A DNA stretch of 63,692 nucleotides, filler included, from Octopus bimaculoides (taxonomy: Eukaryota), in NCBI RefSeq assembly GCF_001194135.2. It is 5 parts of 5 records of this genome, joined end to end, with 100 filler letters (N's around TTAATTAATTAA, not from the genome) between each part and the next. Parts side by side here need not be neighbours in the genome. Positions count along the whole stretch, not along the records: positions 20,960 to 35,961 come from NC_068994.1; 4 more parts are not named here. The stretch is one strand, 5' to 3'. This document shows, in pieces, positions 22,636-34,149 of the stretch. How positions within the stretch are numbered: position 1 is the stretch's first letter; every line of letters begins with the position of its first letter. The notes under the pieces were generated by a model. It saw nothing but the letters and a program-made list of their open reading frames with translations, was not told the origin of the DNA and ran no database searches. The translations under genes were made by a program, and so were the position numbers.

Positions 22636-22727
22636 GTTCTCTCTCCGCCTCTTATGAGTTTGCTACACTTCCTTGGTATTCTAGCGGAATGCCTGTTCAC
22701 CCAGGAACGAAATGGCTCTACACCAAC
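22636..22727 (-). other. candidate 92-nt internal exon of an unidentified minus-strand transcript
   Basis: TTATTCTAG| acceptor and AAC|GTAAGT donor. One open frame (VGVEPFRSWVNRHSARIPRKCSKLIRGGER) with no recognised homology. Confidence 0.25.
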
Positions 22728-23109
22728 CTAGAATAAATTATTGATCTGTTGTTACCATTATCCTTCGTGTTGTTGTATTTCTGGATTTCAATGATTAATA
22801 TAAGAACTGGGGAGAGATGGCCGAGCCGTCATATCTCATCCAATGCTTATAACTGTTTGGCATTCAGATCACTCTGTCAAATGTAATGCTTATCTATTCA
22901 CATTGTTTTGAATTAATCATGCATTATCTCATAGCTTCAAAACTTTGATGATGTGATTGGTTATTTACTCTACATTTCAGTAAGTTTGAACTCTTCTCAT
23001 CATCAGATGTTTTATTTCTGTTCCTGAATGTGTAAATGTCTAAGATGAAGTATTGTTAAAAAGAAGATTAGGGTTATAGCTCCTTCAAGGTTATCAACCT
23101 CAACTTTAA

Positions 23110-23339
23110 CCCTTTAGAATTCAGATTACTCTGTCAAATGTAATGCTTATTGATTCACATTGTTTTGAATTGATCATGCATTATCTCATAGCTTCAAGAT
23201 TTTGATGATGCGATTGTTTATTTTTAGAATGACATTGTAGGGTAGGCGTGAGAGGCCAGATCTGGCTGATTTCAAAATAGAACATAAAATATCAGATAGA
23301 ATATTTGGAATGGATATGGCTAGCTTAAATGCTAAAGCA
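23110..23339 (+). mobile_element. TTAA-flanked (piggyBac-type) MITE family B
   Basis: TTAA|CCCTTTAGAATTCAG ... GCTAAAGCA|TTAA. Further copies near 26910-27145, 29770-29976, 33180-33365, 51225-51430 and 51802-52149. Confidence 0.7.
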
Positions 23340-23814
23340 TTAAGCATTTATTATTTGATGCCAACATTTTTGTTGTACCATTTGCAACTTGGTAGAACTG
23401 CATCAGTAACCAGATCACAGTTGGTGTGATGAAAATTTTGACACCAAATAATAACTGTTTAAATGAAGTTAACGATCTTTGTGTGTTTTCCATGCTGTAG
23501 ATATTTAGGACATCCAAGTGAATCATTGTATTCGACCTTTGACCCTTTAGTATTTAATTAGGTCATGTCCAGCCCAAATATTCTACCTATTTTACGTTCA
23601 AATTGGCCAAATCCTGCCTCTCACACCTATCCTGTAGTGTCATTATAAAACTAAGCAATTACACCATTGAAACTTTGAAGCTACAAGATACTGCATGACT
23701 AATTTAAAAACAATGTGAATAAATAAGCAATGCATTTGATAGAAGGTGCATGGCTTAGTGGTTAGAACATCAGGTTCACAATCATGAGGTAGTGAGTTTG
23801 ATTCCTGAACCAGG

Positions 23815-23848
<34 letters not shown>

Positions 23849-24393
23849 NNNNNNNNNNNNNNNNNNNNNNNNNNNNNNNNNNNNNNNNNNNNNNNNNNNN
23901 NNNNNNNNNNNNNNNNNNNNNNNNNNNNNNNNNNNNNNNNNNNNNNNNNNNNNNNNNNNNNNNNNNNNNNNNNNNNNNNNNNNNNNNNNNNNNNNNNNNN
24001 NNNNNNNNNNNNNNNNNNNNNNNNNNNNNNNNNNNNNNNNNNNNNNNNNNNNNNNNNNNNNNNNNNNNNNNNNNNNNNNNNNNNNNNNNNNNNNNNNNNN
24101 NNNNNNNNNNNNNNNNNNNNNNNNNNNNNNNNNNNNNNNNNNNNNNNNNNNNNNNNNNNNNNNNNNNNNNNNNNNNNNNNNNNNNNNNNNNNNNNNNNNN
24201 NNNNNNNNNNNNNNNNNNNNNNNNNNNNNNNNNNNNNNNNATAAAATAAATGGGTTAATAGAAACCAATGTAGCAAAGAACACAAAATAACTGTGGTTTA
24301 GTTCCTGTTTTTAAGGCAGGAACTCCTTGAAATTTTGGTTATTTGAGTATATTTAAGAATTTAAGGATTGGAGAAAACGCATGTTATAATTGC

Positions 24394-24490
24394 ATACTTT
24401 ATTCTTACATATGTTTCAAAGGATTACAACCTGTGTGATCCATAGGGATCTTTGATATTAAAATTGTAACCTTCTCATCAGGGAAAGCAT
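24394..24490 (-). ncRNA. type I hammerhead ribozyme (Penelope-type)
   Basis: Core CUGAUGA (24481-24475), GAAA (24417-24414), GUA triplet (24408-24406). Long stem II GAAGGUUACAAU/GUUGUAAUCCUUU, palindromic stem III ACAUAUGU, bulged stem I AUGCUUUCC/AGAAUAAAGUAU. Confidence 0.75.
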
Positions 24491-24535
24491 GGGAATCATC
24501 TTAAATGTAAGACATTATGACCGATTATGAAAACA

Positions 24536-24578
<43 letters not shown>

Positions 24579-25258
24579 AGGTTGAGGAAAAAGTTCATGG
24601 GCCGTGTTAAAATAATGCTATTTTATATATTTTTGTGATGTGTGTGTTCATTCAGTTCATTATTTTAACACGGCACACAAACTTTTCCCTCAACCCAGCA
24701 TATATATATGTGTGTGTGTGTGTGTGTGAAGCCATGCCAAATCAGACTAGAACTGGAGCAACTCCCCAGCTTGCCGGCTCTGGTCAAACCGTCCACTCCA
24801 TGCCACCATGGTCAACAGATGTTAGATGATGATGATTTATGTATATATTTATATATATATGTACATACATACATACATATAGATACATACATATATATAG
24901 ACATGATGGACTTCCATACAGTTTCTGTCTACCAAATTCACTCACAAAGCATTGGTCATTAAGTGAAAACACTTGCTCAAGATGCTGTGCAGTGGGACTG
25001 AACTTGAAATCATGTGGTTGCAAAGTGAGCTTCTTATTGTTGGGAAGAAATAATTGTTGTTTAGCCCCAGGTAAAGTATTTCGCTAGAGATACACCCATG
25101 AAAGGGTTAAGGCAGTGCTGTCTTATGGTTGCCGGGGTTCACAAGTGTAGGAGCCTAATGCTAATCTATGCATGCTGTTGTTGTGTATCGAAGAGTGCCA
25201 TTGTGATGCTTTGTTCAGGGGTCTATAATACTGTTATGAGGGTCCTAGATTAAAGTGT

Positions 25259-25648
25259 GGAGGTGCAATGGCCCAATGGTTAGGGCAGCGGACTTGCGGT
25301 CATAGGACCGCGGTTTCGATTCCCAGACCGGACGTTGTGAGTGTTTATTGAGCGAAAACACCTAAAGCTCCACGAGGCTCCGGCAGGGGATGGTGGCGAA
25401 CCCTGCTGTACTCTTTCACCACAACTTTCTCTCAATCTTACTTCCTGTTTCTGTTGTGCCTGTAATTCAAAAGGGTCAAGCCTTGTCACACTTTGTGTCA
25501 CGCTGAATATCCCCGAGAACTACGTTAGGGGTATACGTGTCTTTGGAGTGCTCAGCCACTTGCACGTTAATTTCAACAGCAGGCTGTTCCGTTGATCGGA
25601 TCAACTGGAACCCTCGTCGTCGTAAGCGACGGAGTGCCAACAACAACA
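25259..25648 (+). mobile_element. tRNA-headed SINE family 4
   Basis: A box TGGCCCAATGG, B box GGTTTCGATTCC, (CAA)n tail. A related diverged copy lies on the minus strand at ~49405-49737. Confidence 0.8.
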
Positions 25649-25943
25649 AGATTAAGGTATCACACCTAAGGACCCAAAAGTAGAAATCTGATGATTAGGG
25701 TTAAGGATTTAATCTTAGTAGCTCAAAAATAAATATTTGATGATAAGGGTTTGACGTCTTACTCTTATAGATATAGTTATCACATGATAAGGATCTAAGG
25801 TTTTGCCCACAAAATCTCATGATTTGAATTTAAAGAGCTGCCCTTAATGGTCTAGACATAGGTATCATTTGATAAGGATCTAAGGATTTATCTATTTAGA
25901 GTCCAAAGGTTGATAGCTCATGATCAGGGTTTGAAGAGTTGGG

Positions 25944-26173
25944 TTAAGCCTTTTGATACCAAACCAGCTGAAGCCACCTCTGGCTCTGTAGTACAAATGT
26001 CTTGTTTTCATAAGTTCTGAATTAAAATCTCCCACCTAACCTTAGTCACAATTTATGTTCCTAACATTAGCTTAACTATTACTGAGTTATTTTACTAAAA
26101 TCTTTGTTATATTTAAAATTAATTGAAAGAAACACAGAGCATCTCTACAGAAATATGGTAAGAAAAGGGTTAA
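25944..26173 (-). mobile_element. piggyBac-type MITE family A
   Basis: TTAA at both ends and an AAAAGGG|TTAA terminus. Confidence 0.7.
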
Positions 26174-27659
26174 ACTCTCAATGGTTCAGAGGTAGATACG
26201 ATTTCATGAGAGAAATTTAGAATGTTACTCTCGAATGATGCCCATAAGTAGTTATAACTTGATGATTAATTAAAGAATTTCTACCAATGTCTTAGTCCAC
26301 CTATGTCTGTGTAGGAACTGATGTCTGGTGTAATTTATTGCTGGATAACTATCTATGGTTGCAAGTATTAAGCTTATTCCCTTCTTCCAACTGCATAGTT
26401 TTGGGTTCAGCCCCACAGTGTGACACCTTGAGCAAATGTCTTCTATCATAGCCCTGAGCCAACCAGTGCCCTGTGAGTAGATTTACTTGATAGAATCTGA
26501 AAAAAAGTCATTTGTATATGTGTGTGCAGGCATGATGTGTGTATGTGTGTGTGTGTGCATGTGCACACATGTGTACACATGTGTTCTGCGTGTGTATGTG
26601 TCTTCTCATCTTGACATTGTGTGATTGTTGTTCATTTCCAATATTCTACAAAACCATTTCTGTCTGTGGAGAAATATTGGTTTCAAATTTTGGCACAAGG
26701 CCAGCAAGTTCAGGGCAGGGGTTAAGTCGATTGCATTGAACTCCAGTGCTCAACTGGTACTTATTTTATCAACCCCTAAAGGATGGAGGACTATGGGGAA
26801 ATATTACCATATTAACTTGCTTGAGAACAGGTACAAGTTATTAACAGTAAAGAATCTCTACCTTGATATCTTCTGTCTGATCCATGCAAGTATGGAAAAG
26901 TAGATATTAACTCTTTTGCATTCAGATTAATCTATCAACTGCAATGCCTATTTATCCACATTATTTTGAATTAATCATGTATTATCTCATAATCTCATAG
27001 CTTTGTAATTCTGATGATGTGATTGTTTGTGTTTAGAGTGACATTGTAAGGTAGGTGTGAGAGGCCAGATCTGGCTGGCTTGAACATAAAAGCAGATCAA
27101 ATATTTGAGCCAGATATGGCCTGATCGAATGTTAAGAGATTAAAGCAATTATGATGACAACCATGATGGCAATGACGACAATACTAAATTCTTATTCTAC
27201 TAACTTAGGTAGATATGGCAGAGATGGCAAAAGGGTCAGTTCACAGGCGTTAGTGTAAGTGCTGCCCTATTCAAGAGTAGATTAATCTTTCATCATCTTA
27301 ATGACACAAAAGCCAGGGCTAAGCTTTGGCACTTAAGAATGCCAAGAGCAATGACAACAACAGAGATGATGCTGATGATGGCAATGATGATGAATTGTAA
27401 AACAAAAAAAAACCTTGTCCTATTTGTTTTTTTTTTTAATCATTCATTTGGTTAACTCCTTATAATAGTTCTGCTCATGCTGAAGTAACTTAAAGTCTCT
27501 TAACAACAACAACAACAACATTGGTAGGTGTAGTATCAACAACTACAATAACCACAATAATGGTTGGTTGCTCTGTAAAAGGAATGAAGCTAGTTTGTAA
27601 GTTGATCTTCGGTTCTGTGTAATTAGACGAGGGTCAGTCAGCAAAGGAGTCTTTCCCTG

Positions 27660-28822
27660 TTAAGGAAGGAGATGGAAGAGAAGAAAAATACAGGGAATAA
27701 AGAGAAGGAAGAAGGAGAGAGAGAGAGAGAGAGAGGGTGAAGGAGGAGAAAGAGAAGAAAAATACAGAGAATAAAGAAGAAAAATATAGAGAATAAAGAG
27801 AAGGAAAGGGGGGAAGAATGTGGTGAAGGAGATGGAAGAGAAGAAAAATACAGAGAATGAAGAGAAGGAAGAAGGAGAGAGAGAGAGAGGGTGAAGGAGG
27901 AGAAAGAGAAGAAAAATACAGAGAATAAAGAAGAAAAATATAGAGAATAAAGAGAAGGAAAGGGGGGAAGAATGTGGTGAAGGAGATGGAAGAGAAGAAA
28001 AATACAGAGAATGAAGAGAAGGANNNNNNNNNNNNNNNNNNNNNNNNNNNNNNNNNNNNNNNNNNNNNNNNNNNNNNNNNNNNNNNNNNNNNNNNNNNNN
28101 NNNNNNNNNNNNNNNNNNNNNNNNNNNNNNNNNNNNNNNNNNNNNNNNNNNNNNNNNNNNNNNNNNNNNNNNNNNNNNNNNNNNNNNNNNNNNNNNNNNN
28201 NNNNNNNNNNNNNNNNNNNNNNNNNNNNNNNNNNNNNNNNNNNNNNNNNNNNNNNNNNNNNNNNNNNNNNNNNNNNNNNNTGTGGTGAAGGAGATGGAAG
28301 AGAAGAAAAATACAGAGAATGAAGAGAAGGAAGAAGGAGAGAGAGAGAAGGTGGTGAAGGAGGAGAAAGAGAAGAAAAATACAGAGAATAAAGAGAAGGA
28401 AAAGGGAGGGAGAGAGAGAGAGAAGGTGGTAAAGGAGGAGAAAGAGAAGAAAAATACAGAGAATAAAGAGAAGGAAAATATAGAGAATAAAGAGAAGGAA
28501 AGGGGGGAGAGAAGGTGGTGAAGGAGATGGAAGAGAAGAAAAATACAGAGAAGGAAGAAAGAGAGAGAGAGAAGGTGGTGAAGGAGGAGAAAGAAGACAA
28601 AGGAGGAGGAAGAAAAGACAAAGAAGGAAGAAAAAAGAAAGAGGAGGAGAGAAGGGGGGAAGATGAAAAGAAGACAAAGAAGAAGGGACATTAAAGACAG
28701 AAGTGAAATAAAAGTTGTTGAAAGGAAGAAAGTAGGGAGGAAAGAAAATGACACCGAAAAAGAAGACGAAAAAAGCTGGAATATGAAATTTTTGGAAAAG
28801 GAGACGAAAAATAAGGAAGAGG
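27660..28822. repeat. purine-rich compound minisatellite (gapped)
   Basis: Repeated GAAGGAGATGGAAGAGAAGAAAAATACAGAGAAT(A/G)AAGAGAAGGAA units. The plus strand is almost entirely A/G. Confidence 0.9.
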
Positions 28823-29432
28823 NNNNNNNNNNNNNNNNNNNNNNNNNNNNNNNNNNNNNNNNNNNNNNNNNNNNNNNNNNNNNNNNNNNNNNNNNNNNNN
28901 NNNNNNNNNNNNNNNNNNNNNNNNNNNNNNNNNNNNNNNNNNNNNNNNNNNNNNNNNNNNNNNNNNNNNNNNNNNNNNNNNNNNNNNNNNNNNNNNNNNN
29001 NNNNNNNNNNNNNNNNNNNNNNNNNNNNNNNNNNNNNNNNNNNNNNNNNNNNNNNNNNNNNNNNNNNNNNNNNNNNNNNNNNNNNNNNNNNNNNNNNNNN
29101 NNNNNNNNNNNNNNNNNNNNNNNNNNNNNNNNNNNNNNNNNNNNNNNNNNNNNNNNNNNNNNNNNNNNNNNNNNNNNNNNNNNNNNNNNNNNNNNNNNNN
29201 NNNNNNNNNNNNNNNNNNNNNNNNNNNNNNNNNNNNNNNNNNNNNNNNNNNNNNNNNNNNNNNNNNNNNNNNNNNNNNNNNNNNNNNNNNNNNNNNNNNN
29301 NNNNNNNNNNNNNNNNNNNNNNNNNNNNNNNNNNNNNNNNNNNNNNTGTGTAGCACTTTGGTAAGTCTCTTATATCAAAGTCTTGAGTGGATTCGGTATA
29401 CAGAAACTGAAAGAAGCCTATAGTATGTATGT

Positions 29433-29570
29433 GTCTGTCTGTTGAAGAGCGTAGCTCGAAACGTTAAAGACTTTCTGTATTCCCGAGCGTCAAACTAATA
29501 CATCCTTTTGTTGTTTACACCACCTGTTCTCGTCTGTTGTTTTTTTTTCCGTACATTCTCCCATATATGT
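29433..29570 (+). mobile_element. Penelope-like short repeat with hammerhead-like fold
   Basis: CTGTTGAAGAGCGTAGCTCGAAACGTTAAAGAC followed by a family tail. Sister copy at ~47350-47520. Confidence 0.55.
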
Positions 29571-30011
29571 TTGTGTGTCTGTGTTTGTCCCCCCAATATC
29601 GCTTGACAACCGATTCTGAGGAAACTTTTCCACCAACATATACACCACAAATTAAGTGGGAATTAGCATGTGCACCCTCCCCCACACACATACATAGCAT
29701 GTCACCCGAACACCAACTAAACTTCACATTTACATTGTTTTTACAAAATTTCACCTTTAGCACAAAAGTTAATTCTGTCAAATGTAATGCTTATTTATTA
29801 ACGATGTTTTGAATTAATTATGCACTATCTCATAGCTTCAAGATTTCAGTGATACGATCGTTTATTTTTAGAATGACATTATAGTATGTGTGTGAAAGGC
29901 TGTCTGGCTGGATTGAACATAAAACAGGTAGACTATTTTGGACCAGATATGGCCAGTTTAAATGCTGAAAGGTTAACATAAAAGATTTTTAGATTTCAAA
30001 TGTGAATATGA

Positions 30012-30045
<34 letters not shown>

Positions 30046-30945
30046 ATATGAGCATATACATGTATACATACATATATGTACATACCTACATCTACATATA
30101 TATATAGATGCATATCCGGGTACAGGACGTCAAAAAAGGAACGGGAACATAAACAAAGCACAAAAAAACGGACTTTTTTTACGGACAACAGAATGAACAC
30201 ATAGGAAAACAGACGAGCCACTTATGGAACTTTTCCTTCATCAGCTGCCTCTATTCTAAACTAGGCGTTTCGAAGATGAGAAGCTCCTACACAAATCTGG
30301 TGTAATTACAACAATACTGCAATGACTATGATTTAAAGAAAAATGGTCTATTCTGTGTCATGTCACTTTAAAAGCCATTTTGTTATCATAGAATTTCAAT
30401 TTGCTTCCCCAATCTGGCAGCAAACCAAAGTTGCTTAATTCATTTTAACACTAGTAAATCTACAATTATATCCTTTGTAGAGATTTTCATCTCTACAAAT
30501 TGAAACATGCCCTGTACAAGAGTCTTCTGCAGGATTGCAGAGAGAAGGAATGGCAGTCATGAATTTTCCCAATTGAGGTTTGCTTTAGGGGATTTCTTTC
30601 CTCCCCAATTAGTATGCAGGATGCTTACAGATATTGAACTTGAGACCATGTAGTTTGCAAAGTGAACTTATTAACCACACAGACAAACCTGTAGCCATCT
30701 GGATAATGTTATGTTCCCCTTCCTTCCTTTCTCTCCCTTTCTCTCCCTTTCTCACTATATTTCCTTTTTCTCTCAGTTACTTATCTTTTTCTTTCTTCCT
30801 CACTCTCTCAGCTGTAATTTTTCTCTGTCTGTCTGTCTCACTCTCTCGCCTTTGTATATTCTTCTTTCTTCCTCCCTCTCCTCACCACATCACTCCTGCA
30901 TCATACTCCCTCTCTCTCTCTCTCTCTCTTTCACACGCTCTCTCT

Positions 30946-30984
<39 letters not shown>

Positions 30985-31199
30985 ACTCTGTCCTGTCTTC
31001 CCTTTCTCCTCATCAGTTCAATTTTTTTTAGGGGAGCAATGATATACATCAAGATATATTTGCCCTCAAAGAAGAGAGAGAGATAGAAGAGAGAAAGAGA
31101 TGTAAATAAATAAATGAATGAATAAATAAATGAATGAATGAATGACAAATGATATTAGTGGAGCTTAGGGAGGGGTTTAATATCCTTGTGCCAATGTTA

Positions 31200-31720
31200 A
31201 AAATCAATATTCAGGGCGGTGGTGGTGGCGGTGCTTGTGTTATGGTGGTGCTGTTGATATAGATGGAAGTGGTAGTGGTGATTAGTGTGGTATTGGTGGT
31301 GGTGGTGGTGGAGTTGTGAGGGTGGTGTTGGTGTTGTGGTAATGCCACAGTGGTCACTGTTGTTGTGTTCTTGTTACTGTTATTGTGATGGTGATGGTGT
31401 TGATATTAGCAGTGGTGGTGGTGGTAGTACAAGTGGTGCTATTGTAGCAGTACTTAAGTGGTGATGTGATGGTGGTGGTGGTGGTGGTGTTGACATTGCT
31501 TATTGTTGTTGTTGTTGTTATTGTTGTTGCTGTGACAGGGTTAGTAATAGTTGTGCTTGTGGTCATGTAGATGTGATGGTGGTTGTTGTGGTGGTGGTGG
31601 TTGTAGTGATGGGAGTGGTAGTGGTGATGGTGGTGGTGGTGGTGTTGGTAGAGTGGTGGTTGTGGTGGCAGCGGCGGCAGTGGTGGTGGTGGTGGCGCAG
31701 CGGCAGTGGTGGTGGTGGTG
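31200..31720. repeat. (GGT/GTT)n low-complexity tract
   Basis: Degenerate trinucleotide repeats. A similar tract lies at ~35160-35830. Confidence 0.85.
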
Positions 31721-32423
31721 GATGAGTCATCCCCCACCCAAACTCCCTTTCCCATTCTCTTCCAGTGCTCCACATTCGCTTATCAGCCCCTTTCCCACCC
31801 CCTATTTGATACATCTAAAAGAATACGGGTTGAAAGGAGCCTATTAGTGTGTGTGTGTGTGTCTCAGTGCATGTGTGTATTGATGTGCTTCTATGTGTCA
31901 CTAGCTGTATGCGTATATCTGTGTACATGTATGTATGTGTCAATGTATAAATGTACATGTATGTGTTACTAGTTGTATAAGTGTACATACCTACATGTAG
32001 TAGTATGTATTCTGCATGTTCTTGTGTGTGTGTGTGTGTGTGTGTATAGATGTGTATGTATTTATCACCAGCTGTTTATGTGTATGCATTTATGCATAAG
32101 TACGTGTATGTATATGTTGGTGTTTGTGTATGTGTGTATGTGTGCAGATGTACATGTATGTGTACATGTATGTACCACCAGCTGTGTATGCATGTCTGTC
32201 TATGTATAGGTATATGTTTGTATATATCGGTGTGTGTATACAGATGAACATATATGCGTCACACTTGCTAGCTATGTATGTATGTATGTATGTATGTACG
32301 TGTGTCTGTGTGTGAGTAACCCCCCCCCCGTAAACTACCTCTTCCCTTCTCCCTTATAAAGTGTTATCTTCCTTCAGTATTATATATCATTGGTGGTGGT
32401 GGTGGTGAGGAGGAGGTGAAAGA

Positions 32424-32460
<37 letters not shown>

Positions 32461-32687
32461 GGCACAGAAATATAAAGACAGATAAATATAAAAGCAAAAT
32501 GAAATTAATTAATTATTCAATTAACTTAATAATTAATGGAACGCATGAATAAGATATTGTCCCTTGAATCATCTAGGAAGGCAATTAACTCCAAATTAGA
32601 ACTGACTCAGACTCCAATGACCCATCCAACCCATGCCAACATGGAAAAGCAGATGTGTAACAATGATGGTGTCTTGATATTGCCACT

Positions 32688-32726
<39 letters not shown>

Positions 32727-32840
32727 CTGGTGTAAAATTCTAAACAAACCCAAATCCTTTTCCCAAATCCAAGTAATTAAATCTGTGAATGTCTCCTCTA
32801 ATTATCTAAACGAGTTGTTCATAAGATTATAATTTTTGGG

Positions 32841-32985
32841 GGTGCTACTTTTAGCATGCAGTCAAACACTAACTCTAACCCCTAATCGTAACCCTAACTC
32901 TAAACCCTAATCCCTAACCCAGATCAGGTCATTTCACAGCTGTAGATTACAGTTATTGCGGTAGGCTGCACACTAAAGTAGCACC
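32841..32985. mobile_element. 145-bp MITE with GG-starting TIRs and a degenerate (TAACCC)n core
   Basis: GGTGCTACTTTTAGCATGCAG ... CTGCACACTAAAGTAGCACC. The TSD is not clean. Confidence 0.6.
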
Positions 32986-34104
32986 ATTTTTTTGTTTGTT
33001 TGTTATTTTGTTTAATTAAGCTAATCTTTAGTGATGAAATATTTACACTGCATTTCAGTTAATTTGAACTCTTCTCATCATCAGATGTCTTATTTCTGTT
33101 CCTGGATGTGTAAATGTCTAAGATGAAGTATTGTTAAAAAAGATTAGGGCTATGGCTCCTTCCAGATTATCTATCTCAACTTTAGCCCTTCAGCATTCGG
33201 ATTACTCTGTCAAATATAATGCTTATTTATTCACATTGTTTTGATTTAATCATGCATTATCTAACAGCTTCAAGATTTTGATGATGTGATTGTTTTAGTT
33301 TTAGAATGACATTGTAGGGTAGGCGTGAGAGACTAGATCCAGCCAGCTTAAACATAAAACATGTAGAATAGAGGAAATATGTTTTCTTTTATATTTGATT
33401 TTACAATATTTACATCTTCACTGAGGTGGTGAGCTGGCAGAAATGTTAGCATGCCAGGTGAAATGCTTAGCAATATTTCGTCTGCCATTACGGTCTGAGT
33501 TCAAATTCCGCCGAGGTTGACTTTGCTTTTCATCCTTTCGGGGTCGATAAATTAAGTACCAGTTATGCACTGGCAAAAATGAGTAATCCTGTGACAGATC
33601 AGCGTATCATCCAGGTGGGAAATATATTACATCATGGAAACCAGGAAACCAGCCCTAATGACTCGAGAAGGAAGCTTACCATTTTTTTTTTTGTGTGTGT
33701 GTATCAAATTCCTTACAAATTTGTGGTTTCTTCTAAGAAACCCGTTATTATTCCATTGTAAATCATTATTATTTCTTATCTCTTTCTTATAATCTCTTCA
33801 TCCCACCCACCCCACTGACTATGTATGCAAGTGTGGGTGGGGTTCTTCAATTATTTACTTTAATTCAAGGGTAAAACTTCATCTACCTTGTCACATTATT
33901 TCATTACTCAAAAGGCTTCTATTTCAAGCTGCCATACATCACAACCATGCTTACTCTTCAGGTATTTTGTTTAGGTTGTTATTATTTCCATAGTTATTTA
34001 TATATTCATTTTGCTTCTTACCTTGATCAAGTAAATGGTTTGCATGTGTGCGTGCATGTGTGCGTGTATATGTGAGTATATGTATTTGCTTATAGATGTA
34101 TGCA

Positions 34105-34149
<45 letters not shown>

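Noticed and set aside
22810-22830. GGAGAGATGGCCGAGC tRNA-like 5' fragment
   Set aside because: No B box or cloverleaf follows.
25690-25935. Loosely repeated TGAT(A/G)AGG(G/A)T(T/C)TAAGG units
   Set aside because: Too degenerate to define a period by eye. Probably an old minisatellite.
30200-30280. Minus-strand CUGAUGA-A-GGAA/UUCC in a Penelope-like tail
   Set aside because: There is no GAAA after stem II, and the upstream GAAACG does not give a valid type II fold. An incomplete remnant.
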